Shown: positions 49,288 to 58,838 of the stretch, in pieces
Position numbering within the stretch: position 1 is the stretch's first letter
How the letters are laid out: every line of letters starts with the position of its first letter
Source: Planctomycetota bacterium
Lineage (GTDB): Bacteria; Planctomycetota; JAJSAM01; JAJVHW01
Length of the DNA: 64,000 bases
Direction: 5' to 3'
Assembly (NCBI GenBank): GCA_965248445.1
Contig: CBDFJG010000004.1
Coordinates: 384,001-448,000 of the forward strand
The notes under the pieces: generated by a model
Databases searched by the model: none
What the model was told of the DNA's origin: nothing
What the model saw: the letters and a program-made list of their open reading frames with translations, nothing else
Position numbers and translations under genes: made by a program

Positions 49288-50787
49288 GTAACCGTTCACC
49301 CCTTCGTCGCGAGCCAGGATCCAGATCGTTCGGCCATCGGTCGATCAAGATGTTGTGGGCGAGCGGCAGGACGAGGATCTGCGGGCGATGGTCGAGGGCC
49401 TTCTGGCCTGGATCGAGGAGCTGGAGCGTCGCGAAGCGAAGCATCTGCGCCGCATCGACGAGCTCGAGTCGCGTCTGAAGCGTGACTCCCGCAACAGCTC
49501 GAGGCCTCCGTCGTCGGACCCGGCGTGGTCCAAGCGCCGTCGCGGCCGAAGGCCGCGTAGCGGTCGCAAGCAGGGCGGACAGCCGGGCCATGAGGGCACG
49601 GCGCGCGAGCTGGTGGATCCGTCCAACGTCGATGAGACCAAGGAGCACCGTCCCGACCTCTGCGACGCGTGCGGACACGACGATCTCGAGCAGGGCATCG
49701 GCGATCCGTACCGGCACCAGGTGACGGTGCTCCCGCGCGTGCTCGTCACGGTGCGGGAGCACCGGCTGCACAAGGCGCGGTGCCGGCGCTGTCGTGCGGT
49801 CACGACGGCGGTCCTGCCCGATGGCGTGCCGACCGGGGCCTTCGGTCCGCGGCTGACCACACTTGCCGGCGCGCTGCGCGGCGTGTACCGCGTGAGCGTG
49901 CGGGAGACGCAGCGGCTGCTCGGTGAGATCTTCGGTGTGAAGATGTCGCTGGGCAAGATCAGCGACTGTGAGCGTCGGCTCAGTGACGCTCTGCACTCGT
50001 CGTACCTCGAAGCCCTCGGGGCAGTCCGCACGTCGCTGCGAGCCAACGTGGACGAGACGTCGTGGAAGGAACGGGGCCGGGTGTGCTGGCTGTGGGCGGC
50101 GGAGAGCGAGCACGCCACAGCCTTCGGGATCGATCGCCGCCGCAGTGCCAAGGCGAAAGGGCGGCTGATCGGGCGGCGCTTCGGTGGCACGGTGATCAGC
50201 GACCGGATGGGTGCCTACGAGTCACACCCACTTGCCCGCCGCCAGCTCTGCTGGGCGCACATCGAGCGCGCCTTCCGTGCGCTGGCCGAAGGCCCGCGAG
50301 GACATCGCCGCTTCGGCAACAAGGGCGTCATGATCGCGCAGTCGGTCATGCGCAGCTACCGGCTCTTCGGTGAGCACGGCGACCGTGACCGGCTGCAAGG
50401 CGAAGCCGCTGTGCTGCGCGGACGGCTCGAGCGACTGATCGCGAACGACGACTCGGCTCTGGCCAACCATCTGCGCCCCCGCGTGGTCGCCCTCTTCACC
50501 TATGCGCGGACCCAGGACGTGAGTCCGACGAACAACGCCGCCGAGCGCGCGGTCCGCAAAGCGGTGCTCTGGCGCAAGGGCTCCTTCGGAAGCCAGTCCG
50601 CTCGCGGACTCCGCTTCGCCGAGCGCGTGTTGACCGCCGCGGCCACGCTGCGACGCCGTGGCAACCAAGTCTTCGACTTCCTCGCCGACTCGGTCGCCGC
50701 GCACCTCACCGGCGCCGACCCGCCCGTCATGGTCCCGCTGCCCGTCGCACGCTGAGGCTCACACGCTGTCAAGGGGTGAACGGTTAC
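49288..50787 (+). mobile_element. IS66-family element, single-ORF (ISBst12-like), 1500 bp
   Basis: Perfect 17-bp TIR GTAACCGTTCACCCCTT; no matching 8-bp flanks. Confidence 0.92.
49355..50755 (+). CDS. IS66 DDE transposase
   Basis: SRNSSRPPSSD, GGQPGH, CxxC zinc finger, VDET, ISD, QLCWAH, TNNAAER. Confidence 0.95.
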   Translation: MGERQDEDLRAMVEGLLAWIEELERREAKHLRRIDELESRLKRDSRNSSRPPSSDPAWSKRRRGRRPRSGRKQGGQPGHEGTARELVDPSNVDETKEHRPDLCDACGHDDLEQGIGDPYRHQVTVLPRVLVTVREHRLHKARCRRCRAVTTAVLPDGVPTGAFGPRLTTLAGALRGVYRVSVRETQRLLGEIFGVKMSLGKISDCERRLSDALHSSYLEALGAVRTSLRANVDETSWKERGRVCWLWAAESEHATAFGIDRRRSAKAKGRLIGRRFGGTVISDRMGAYESHPLARRQLCWAHIERAFRALAEGPRGHRRFGNKGVMIAQSVMRSYRLFGEHGDRDRLQGEAAVLRGRLERLIANDDSALANHLRPRVVALFTYARTQDVSPTNNAAERAVRKAVLWRKGSFGSQSARGLRFAERVLTAAATLRRRGNQVFDFLADSVAAHLTGADPPVMVPLPVAR

Positions 50788-51985
50788 GCTGAACGTGGGC
50801 CGCGTCACCTGCGTGTCGAGCGCCCGGTTCTCGAGACCGTCGCTGCCGCAGTCGAGCGCCCGGCAGGCCGTGAGCACGTTGTCCGTGCCGCCGATCAGGC
50901 AGAACCCGTCGCCGGGGACATCCTCGACCGTGTTCCCGGTGAGCGAGTTGCTCGATCCGGTGATCACGACGCCATCCCCGTTCCCCGTGAGGATCGAGTT
51001 GTCGGAGATGGCGTTGCCGTCGCCTCCGATGACGAGTCCCTCGGCGCCGAAGGCCTGCACTCTGTTCTCGGTGACGATGTTGTCGTCGCCGTTGACTTCA
51101 AGCGCGGTGGTGCCGAGGTCCATGCCGACCAGAGTGTTCTCGGACACGGTCGTGCCGGAGACGTCCAGGTCCATGCCCGCGCCTCCGAGCGTGTTGTCCG
51201 TGTGATTCTCAAGAACAGCGCCGCTCGCACCGTGAACGATGATCCCTGGGCACTCCACGATCGCAATGAGCTCGTGCGGCGCATCGCGCACGTCGATCAC
51301 CGGATCGAGCCAGACGGCCGGTGCGTCGTAGGTCGCTGGAATGAACACCGCTGCCTGGACGTCGATCTTTGCATCGAGTCGTCCTACAACCGTCTCGTTT
51401 CCCTCGACGTGGAACCGGTCGCCGCCCACCCGCACTCCGAGGTAGACGCGCTCGCACGCGTTGTCTCGAACCGTCGCCCGGTTGCCGATCACGTCGAACC
51501 CGACGTCCACGTAGTCCGCGTCGTTCGCCGTGACCTCGACCTCGGTTCCGCGGGCGCCCACGCCGACGGCCGTGCCGGAGATGTCGTTGCGCAGAGCGCG
51601 ACAGCGGTCCCCGTCGATCCACACGCCGGTGCCCAGCGGCGGGAACACCTCTGCGACGCTGCGACCGGCGGCCATCTCGGAGGCTGGGCCGAGATCAAGC
51701 GCTTCGACCGGTCCCGGGTTCCCCGCGTCGACGAAGCGGCGGTGTAGCTGATTGCGGTCGACGAGGCCATCCGCACCGGTCACGCGGACCAGCGTCATCG
51801 CCTCCGCTCGATCGGGAGACTCGTGCTCTGCGAGAGCGTGCACGGAGTTCCTGAGAACGCTGGCGCGATCGCCGACGACCGTGAACCCATCGTGCACGAC
51901 GCTGGTGGCTTTGTTGCCCTCGACACGTGCGTCATCGCCGGTGATGCTGCCGAGAGCATGGGTATCGGGATAACGACCGTACCCC

Positions 51986-52951
51986 CTACATCTTGTGGTG
52001 TGGCGTCCGGCCTCGCACGCGCTCTCCGGCGTAGACGTCGCCGTAGCCGTGCGGAGGCGCCTTCGCGGCGATCCCGAGCAGGGTCTGGAACGCGGCCTGC
52101 GGCGTCTTGCGACGGTTGAAGCGGAAGACGAACTCGTCGAGGTAGCGCTGCAGGTGCTTCTTCGATACGCCACCGTGGTGGGTCCCCGACAGCCACGTCT
52201 TCAGGTTGGCGAAGACCATGTGGAGGTGCCCCAGGACGTCGGCCTGCGCATCGCCGATCGATGTTGATTCCACACCGTGTTCATAGCCCGCTTCCTCGAG
52301 CACTGCGTACGTCTCGTGGCCGTCGGTGACCACCAGCGACGACGGCTCGACGACATCCTTCACGAAGCCGATCAGTTTCTCTTTCTTCGCGCGGGCCACG
52401 TGCCGCAGTCGCGCGCGGCCGGGCTGCAGACCGCCCTTCTTCGTCGGGCGCACCTCGACTGCTCCCACGACTACGGCCTTGTCCAAAGGCGTGCGTTCGG
52501 GGCGGCCGCGGTACGGCGCGCCGATCAATGTCTCATCGACCTCCACGACGCCGTGGAGCGGGCGCCTCTCGGGAGCGACCATCGCGGTCCGCAGTTTCTG
52601 CAGCAGCTGATAGGCTGTCTCGTAGCAGCCAAACCCCAACTGGCGCTGGAGCGCGAGTGCTGAGACGCCGCGCTTGTCGGTAGACACCATGTACGCGGCC
52701 CACAACCACGTGCGCAGCGGCAGCCGGCTGTGGTGCATGACCGTCCCGGCGGTGACCGACGTGATCAGATCACACGCCGCGCAGCGCAGTCCCTTGCGGT
52801 CGGGGCGCGGCCACGACTTCGCGCCGCCGCAACGTCGGCAGCGAAACCCATCGGGCCAACGGCAGCGCACGACGTAGTCCAAGCACTGCTGCTCGGTGGC
52901 GAACTGGCGCGTGAATTCCAGGATGCTGCCAGGGTAGCCGGGGCGCGCCAC
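51986..52951 (-). CDS. IS1595 (ISXO2-like) transposase
   Basis: RWPDGFRC..C zinc ribbon, VTAGT.MH, VEVDET, VTDG..TY, HLQRYLDEFVFRFNRR. Confidence 0.95.
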   Translation of the reverse strand: MARPGYPGSILEFTRQFATEQQCLDYVVRCRWPDGFRCRRCGGAKSWPRPDRKGLRCAACDLITSVTAGTVMHHSRLPLRTWLWAAYMVSTDKRGVSALALQRQLGFGCYETAYQLLQKLRTAMVAPERRPLHGVVEVDETLIGAPYRGRPERTPLDKAVVVGAVEVRPTKKGGLQPGRARLRHVARAKKEKLIGFVKDVVEPSSLVVTDGHETYAVLEEAGYEHGVESTSIGDAQADVLGHLHMVFANLKTWLSGTHHGGVSKKHLQRYLDEFVFRFNRRKTPQAAFQTLLGIAAKAPPHGYGDVYAGERVRGRTPHHKM

Positions 52952-52960
52952 AGGGCACAG

Positions 52961-52989
52961 ACACTACATCTAGTGGCTACGGTCGTCAA
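52961..52989 (-). promoter_or_regulatory. Transposase promoter overlapped by an NrdR-box-like palindrome
   Basis: TTGACG-17-TAGTGT; ACACTACATCTAGTGG at 52961-52976. Confidence 0.6.
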
Positions 52990-53582
52990 CCCGATACCCA
53001 TGGCCGAGAGTCTCACAGCCGACGAACTGACTCCGCCGGAGTCGCGCTCGGTCACCGTTGACGGTCGGTCCCGGGCCGTCGAGGAACGTGCACCGTTCGA
53101 TGCGGGCGTCCGCTCCCTCGATGTGGAGAGGCGGCACGCCGGCGGTGAAGAACGTCGCTTTCGAGATCTTCGCCCGGTCGCCGAAGATCGTGAGCCGCGC
53201 ATACTCGAACCGCCCGCCGCGGATCTTGAGTTTGTCGGCATGCGCGACGATGTGACCGCGGACGTTGGCGCGACGAGCATCGATCGTGACACGCCGGACA
53301 TCCCGGTCGAGCTGTCCGCGCCACGCGATGTCTCCACGCAGGACGATGCGCTGTCCGCTCTTGACCTTGTCGAACGCGTCCTGAAGCGTGTCGAACTTAT
53401 TCTTCCCGATCGAGACGCTGCCGGCAAACGCGGGTGCGGCGAGGGCAAGTACGACGGCAACTGCGATCCCGTGCACGGGCTTGAACATGACCACTCCTCC
53501 GGAACGATGCGCGTTCCTGACTCTCCAACCCCGACCGTTCAGACTAGATCCACACGGGGATCCGACAAGGGTGTGCTCTTCG

Positions 53583-55532
53583 CTATTGCCAGAACGTCTC
53601 GAAACCGTTGCCTTCGAAGACGCCGAACGACCCGAGGTTGTTCACGTCCCAGACGGTGCCGCTAAATGTGGAACGGGTCACCCGCGTGTCGATCGCCCGA
53701 TTCTCAAGGCCGTCGTCACCGCAGTCGACTGCGCGGCAGTTCGTGATCACGTTCTCAGTGCCGCTCATCAGACAGAACCCGTCGCCCGGCACGTCCTTGA
53801 CCGTGTTGTGCGTCAGCGCGTTGTTGGAGCCTTCGACCACGACGCCGTCACCGTTGCCTGCGTAGAGCGAATTGTCCGACACGGTGTTGCTGTCGCCCTG
53901 CACGACCAACCCTTCGTCGCCGAACTCCTGGATATGGTTGTCGACGACGGTGTTGCCGCTTCCGGTGACTTCGAGCGAGGTGGTGCCGGTCTTCGCGCCG
54001 CGCACGGTGTTCCCGGAGATGGTCGTGTTTGTGACGTCGAGATCGACGCCGGAACCGCCCATCGTGTGATCCGCGCGGTTCCCGGAGATCGTACCGTCGG
54101 CACCCTCGACGACGATCGCCGGGCACTCGGAGACCACGATGGGATCGCCCACGGCACCGGGCACCGGAATCTGGAACGTCGTGACGCCCGGTCGGCCGTC
54201 GTAGTCGATGCGCGTCACCGTTCTCGAGTCGACACCGAGCTGGATGTCGAAGCGCCCGACCGATGTGTTGTTGTCGTCCACGGTGAAGTCGTCGCCGGCG
54301 ACACGCACCCCGAGGTAGGCGCGAGCGGTACGGTTGCGGCAGACGATCGCGCCGTCGCCGCCGACATCCACTGCGACGTCGACGTGGTCGAAGCGATTGT
54401 CGTCCGTGAGTGCCGCGTCGCCCCGCACACCGATTCCGAGCGCGGTACCGGCGACGTTGTTCCTCTCGATCTCGGCCCGGTCACCCTCCACCCAGATCGC
54501 CGTACCTGCTGGCGGGAACGCTTCGGCGACCGTGAGGCCGAGATGGGCCGCGGCGAGGACGCCTGTAGCGTTGCGGCGGGTGCCTTGCAGGTTCTGCGCA
54601 TCGACGAAACGGCGGTGCACGGAGTTCTTCTCCACCGAGGCATCGGAGCCGGTGATGTGCAGGAGAGTCACGTCCGCAGCTTCGCCGTCGAGCAGTTCGT
54701 GTGCCGCGAGGGCGACGATCGCGTTGCGATGTACCGTGGCCCGGTCGCCGTCGACCGTGAAGCCGTCACCCATAAGACTGACGCCACGGTTCTTTTCGAT
54801 CAGGCCGTCGTCACCCTGGATACCGCCGGCGCCCACGGTCCACGCGAGTCGGTTGCGCCTGAGTTGCCCGCGATCTCCGTCGATCCGCGGGCCGTAGCCG
54901 CGCGTGAATCGGTTGCGCTCCACGCGGGCGTCGTCGCCCACGACGAGCGGCGAGACGCTTGCATCCTCGATCCGGTTGCCCCGTACGAGTGCGTCGTCGC
55001 CCTCGATCTGGAACGCCCGGATCGGCATCCTGGTCTCGCACACGATCCGGTTCTTCAGGAGGCGCGCGCCGTCGCCCGTGAGCTCCACGGCCGCGGTGTG
55101 CGGCGCCGCTACGACCACGCGACACCCGCGCACGAGCGCGTTGTCCCCTTCGATCGAGACAGCGCCCACGTGACTGATGCCGAACGTGGTGCCGGATATC
55201 TGCGCGTCGTCTCCGAAGACCACGACGCGCGCGTGCTGGAAGATGCCCCCACGTATGCGGTGTCCATCACCGACGAGCACGAGGTTACCGCCCACCACGG
55301 CGCCCCTGGCGTCGATCGTGATGTCGTCGACGTCCCGCGTGAGCACGGCCCAGCGGTCGGTGATCCCGCGAACGACGATGCGCTGACCGTTCTGAACCTC
55401 GTCGAACGCGTGCTGCATCGAATCGAACTTCTTCTTGCCGATCGTGATGGAGCCGGCGAATGCGGGTGCGGCGAGGGCAAGTACGACGGTAACTACGACG
55501 GAGACTGCGATCCCGTGTACGAGCTTGAACAT
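53583..55532 (-). CDS. Secreted right-handed parallel beta-helix repeat protein (intact paralog)
   Basis: AGGAG SD; signal peptide ending AFA-GS; many I.V.GD.A.V..N repeats. Confidence 0.87.
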   Translation of the reverse strand: MFKLVHGIAVSVVVTVVLALAAPAFAGSITIGKKKFDSMQHAFDEVQNGQRIVVRGITDRWAVLTRDVDDITIDARGAVVGGNLVLVGDGHRIRGGIFQHARVVVFGDDAQISGTTFGISHVGAVSIEGDNALVRGCRVVVAAPHTAAVELTGDGARLLKNRIVCETRMPIRAFQIEGDDALVRGNRIEDASVSPLVVGDDARVERNRFTRGYGPRIDGDRGQLRRNRLAWTVGAGGIQGDDGLIEKNRGVSLMGDGFTVDGDRATVHRNAIVALAAHELLDGEAADVTLLHITGSDASVEKNSVHRRFVDAQNLQGTRRNATGVLAAAHLGLTVAEAFPPAGTAIWVEGDRAEIERNNVAGTALGIGVRGDAALTDDNRFDHVDVAVDVGGDGAIVCRNRTARAYLGVRVAGDDFTVDDNNTSVGRFDIQLGVDSRTVTRIDYDGRPGVTTFQIPVPGAVGDPIVVSECPAIVVEGADGTISGNRADHTMGGSGVDLDVTNTTISGNTVRGAKTGTTSLEVTGSGNTVVDNHIQEFGDEGLVVQGDSNTVSDNSLYAGNGDGVVVEGSNNALTHNTVKDVPGDGFCLMSGTENVITNCRAVDCGDDGLENRAIDTRVTRSTFSGTVWDVNNLGSFGVFEGNGFETFWQ

Positions 55533-55657
55533 GGCCACTCCTGCGGAACGATGCGCGTTCCTGACTTCCCTACCCCAACTAAACGGTAGTGAGAACCGGG
55601 GATCCCGCAAGTGACGAACTCCGTGCGCTGCGAACGCGGAGAGACCAAAATCACGGT

Positions 55658-57166
55658 GTGCGATTTGCGATCACACTTCTGTTGGTGAGCGGATTTGCTT
55701 CGAGCGCATTCGCACAGGACGCGATTCCTGCGAACGGCGGTTTCGAAGTAACCGGTGAGAACGGACTCCCGGCAGGCTGGGTGGCGTTCCAATCAGCGTC
55801 CACGCGCCGGGATGGCCCGAAGTCGATGGTCGGCGTCGTGCAGTCGCCAGGGGGTGACGGCAAGTGCCTGCACTTCGTCGCGAAGCCGGGCGACACTCGC
55901 TGGATGTCGCTGCGCCAGCCGATCGACGTGCGCGCGGGAGAGTTCATCCGGATGAGGATCCGTGCGCGCAGCCGCGGTATCGACTTGTCCGGCGCGCGGT
56001 TCATCAACGCGGTCGGCGCGCTGTTCTTCGAGACTCCGTCGGGCGAGACGAAGGGCTTCGCCGCCACACCGACACTCTCGGGTGACCGCGACTGGGTCGA
56101 ACTGCACGCTTACGGAGTCGTGCCGGAGGGCGCCACTCGCGCACACGTCCAGGTCGTGCTGACGATGCCCGGCCAGTTGTGGGTGGACGACGTACGGATC
56201 GACTCGACGCCGCTGGATCCCTGGACACCCGACGCGCGCAACGCCGTCGTGGATGCGCTGTCACGCCATCTGCAGCGCTCGTACCCCTTCCGCGGGATCG
56301 AGGTCCGCGCTCCGCTGGACGCGTTCACGACCGACCGCGCCGCAATGCTGGCGGCGGGGACGAAGGCCGCGTTCGCGGAGGCGCTGGTTGCATGGCTCGC
56401 TCGTCTGAACGACCCGCACGTCTACGTCCGCACATCGAAGGGCGTCATCGGGCCGATGTCGAAGTTGCCGCCGCCCGCCTGGAACGTGCGCACGGTGTTC
56501 ACGATGCTGAGCGGCTGGGCGCGCGTCGCGCAGGGGCGTAACGTCGTGGCGTTGCGCAAGGGAGACCGTGCGTATCTTGCGGCCGCCAGTTTCCAGCTGA
56601 ACGAAGCCGATCAAGAGGTCCTCGCCGGGGCCCTGCGGGACCTGCGCGACGTCGCGCACCTGATCGTGGACATCCGCCCGAACTCCGGTGGCAACGAGGT
56701 CCTGGCCCGCACCGTCTTGGCGCCCTACGCCGAGAAGGCCAGTCCCTACGCGCACCAGCGGAGCAAGGACTGGTCTAGCCTCGATCCGGAGGCGCTCCTC
56801 GAGAAGGGCACCCGCGTGCTGGAGCCGCTGCCGGAAGCCGAACGAAGTGCCGGCCGGGTGATCGTGCTGCAGGGGCCGCACTGCATGAGCTCGAGCGACG
56901 CGTTCCTGTTGATGGCCAAGGCGCTGCCGCGTGTCACGACGATGGGGCGCACGTCCTTCGGGGCGAGCGCCAACCCCCAGCCGTTCCAGTTGCTGCCGGA
57001 CCTGACGGTCTGGTCGTCCAGCTGGCGTGCGTACGATCTCGACGGCGAGTGCATCGAGGGTCGTGGCATCGCGCCGGACGTCGTGGTCGAGCCCGGACCA
57101 AGTGAAGAGTGGGCGAAGCGCGATCGCGTGCTGGAGGCGGCGCTGAAGGCGCTCGACGCCGAGTGA
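55658..57166 (+). CDS. Secreted S41-family peptidase with N-terminal CBM-like domain
   Basis: Signal peptide; NGGFE...WVDDVRI; LNDPHV, DIRPNSGG, CMSSSDAF, IEGRGIAPD. Confidence 0.8.
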   Translation: MRFAITLLLVSGFASSAFAQDAIPANGGFEVTGENGLPAGWVAFQSASTRRDGPKSMVGVVQSPGGDGKCLHFVAKPGDTRWMSLRQPIDVRAGEFIRMRIRARSRGIDLSGARFINAVGALFFETPSGETKGFAATPTLSGDRDWVELHAYGVVPEGATRAHVQVVLTMPGQLWVDDVRIDSTPLDPWTPDARNAVVDALSRHLQRSYPFRGIEVRAPLDAFTTDRAAMLAAGTKAAFAEALVAWLARLNDPHVYVRTSKGVIGPMSKLPPPAWNVRTVFTMLSGWARVAQGRNVVALRKGDRAYLAAASFQLNEADQEVLAGALRDLRDVAHLIVDIRPNSGGNEVLARTVLAPYAEKASPYAHQRSKDWSSLDPEALLEKGTRVLEPLPEAERSAGRVIVLQGPHCMSSSDAFLLMAKALPRVTTMGRTSFGASANPQPFQLLPDLTVWSSSWRAYDLDGECIEGRGIAPDVVVEPGPSEEWAKRDRVLEAALKALDAE

Positions 57167-57194
57167 CGCGGGCGGGGGTGGAACCCCGCCCTAC
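57167..57194 (-). repeat. GTAG-type REP palindrome
   Basis: GTAGGGCGGGGTTCCACCCCCGCCCGCG, near-identical to 23053-23082. Confidence 0.8.
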
Positions 57195-58279
57195 GACGCG
57201 GCTTCGCCGCGCAGCATCTCGCTCGCGTCCGCGAGTTCGCGGCGCTCGGTCGGAGTCAGGTTTTCGAGACCGCCGACCTCGTTGATGCGGTCGAGCAACT
57301 GATCGACGCGCTCGCTCAGCCGGTGCAGCCGCTCTTCGGCAGTTTCGACGAGAGTGTCTTCGTCGTCGCTGTCCTCGTCGTACACGTGCTGCTCCGCGAG
57401 GACCTCCTGTTCGCGCCGCTTCGACGGTGGCGGTGTCTCTGTGAGTGCCGCCTCGTCGAACACGTCGGGCGCGCGCCGCAGCGGACTGCCCCACGGCTGC
57501 GGCTCGGGCCGCGGGTGCCCCAGGAACTGCGCCGAGAACAGGAGGCGCTGCGCAGCGATCAGGTTGGTGATCCCGACCGCGACGAGGACGAGCGCCCAGC
57601 CGATGAACTCCGGCTCCTGGTAGAGCAGCAGAGTGAGTCCGATCAACCCGAGCACGACGGCGCCCGCGTAGCCGAGGTAGGCGGTCCAGAGTTCCGCCGG
57701 CCGGCGTCCGAGCATCGTCGTCAGGAAGCCACGCAGCGCGCGTCCTCCGTCGAGCGGATAGAACGGCAAGAGGTTGAGCACCGCGAGCGCGAGGTTCGCG
57801 ATGAAGAACGTGCGCGCCATCAGTTCGGGGGCAGATCGTTCGGCGCCGCCACCGAGCCAGTACACCGCGAGCCCTGCCGGCAAGAGCCAGAGTCCGTGCA
57901 CGAGCGCGCCGGCCAGGTTGACCAGCACCTCGGAGCCAGGCGTCGGCGTGGGCGGGTCGTCGTGCGAAATGGGACCCAGCGGCGTGAGCACGACGGCGCC
58001 AACCGCCGTTCCCGCACGTCGTGCAGCCCACGCGTGCGCGAGTTCGTGCGAGGCGATGACCAGGATCGTGGCCACCGTCCACACCACGGCCCACCCGAGT
58101 GCGCCGCCCGCGGTCAGTCCGTGGTCGGTGACGAGCGTTGCAATCGCCGCGAGGATCGCGAACGGCACGCTGACGATCGTCCAATGGGCGAACACGTCGA
58201 CGCCGAACAGGCGCGCCACCGGCACGGCAGCGCCGATCGCGCGTCGTCCGAGGGGGTGTTCGCTCTGATGTGGTGCCAA
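57191..58279 (-). CDS. Site-2 protease (M50 family)
   Basis: HELAH, NLLPFYPLDGG, multiple TM segments; AGGAG before the TTG start. Confidence 0.9.
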   Translation of the reverse strand: MAPHQSEHPLGRRAIGAAVPVARLFGVDVFAHWTIVSVPFAILAAIATLVTDHGLTAGGALGWAVVWTVATILVIASHELAHAWAARRAGTAVGAVVLTPLGPISHDDPPTPTPGSEVLVNLAGALVHGLWLLPAGLAVYWLGGGAERSAPELMARTFFIANLALAVLNLLPFYPLDGGRALRGFLTTMLGRRPAELWTAYLGYAGAVVLGLIGLTLLLYQEPEFIGWALVLVAVGITNLIAAQRLLFSAQFLGHPRPEPQPWGSPLRRAPDVFDEAALTETPPPSKRREQEVLAEQHVYDEDSDDEDTLVETAEERLHRLSERVDQLLDRINEVGGLENLTPTERRELADASEMLRGEAAS

Positions 58280-58350
58280 GGCTGCTCCTGTCGCTCCCGC
58301 AGGACAGCCTACCACCCTCGAGGTCGCCTGGAGAGAGCGTCGAGCCGGGA

Positions 58351-58746
58351 CTACTCGGAGAACCGCAGCGCGACCAACAGGCATGGCCCGCCGTGGATCA
58401 CCGAGAGGCCGAGTTCCTCGGCGCGCGCGACCGCGGCAGGGCTCTGCGCACCCGGTTGCATCCACACGTGCCGTACGCCGCCGGCTGCCGCGGCTTCCAC
58501 GATTTGCTCGGTCACGCGGGGCGGTGTCACGATGGTGAGCGCCTCGGGAGTGTCGGGAATCGCCTCGACGCTCGCGTACGCCGTCACGCCCTCGATCTCG
58601 GACTCGCGGGGATGCACCGCGACCACGTCGCGGCCGCCCTGCAGGTAGGCGCGCAGGCACTTGTTGCCGAACTTGCTGCGGTTCTTCGAGGCGCCCGCCA
58701 CGGCGAACCGGGAGCAGGCCAGGAAGGCGTCGATGCGGTCCCGCAT
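58351..58746 (-). CDS. CoA-binding protein (YccU-like)
   Basis: AVAGAS....KFG, VHP, WMQPGA, GPCLLV. Confidence 0.9.
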   Translation of the reverse strand: MRDRIDAFLACSRFAVAGASKNRSKFGNKCLRAYLQGGRDVVAVHPRESEIEGVTAYASVEAIPDTPEALTIVTPPRVTEQIVEAAAAGGVRHVWMQPGAQSPAAVARAEELGLSVIHGGPCLLVALRFSE

Positions 58747-58838
58747 GCGCACAGGAGTAACCGATCCGTCAAGTGGGGGCGACTCCCGCCTCGGAAAGGT
58801 TGGTCGCCGACGCGCCCGCGTCCGAACCTCGCCGAACC

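Larger units (their letters stand above)
51957..53002 (-). mobile_element. IS1595-family element, 1046 bp, 8-bp TSD GCCGAGAG
   Basis: 25-bp TIR CATGGGTATCGGG(A/T)T(A/G)ACGACCGTA; TSD at 51949-51956 and 53003-53010. Confidence 0.93.
50788..53488 (-). pseudogene. Secreted right-handed beta-helix protein, split by IS1595 and 3'-truncated by IS66
   Basis: Removing the IS1595 plus one TSD copy restores the frame (GCETLG-SITGDDA). Ends at TRPTFS where the paralog continues 25 aa. Confidence 0.88.

Noticed and set aside
50500..52173. 557-aa ORF as an intact gene
   Set aside because: Chimera of IS1595 sequence, the beta-helix fragment and IS66 sequence.
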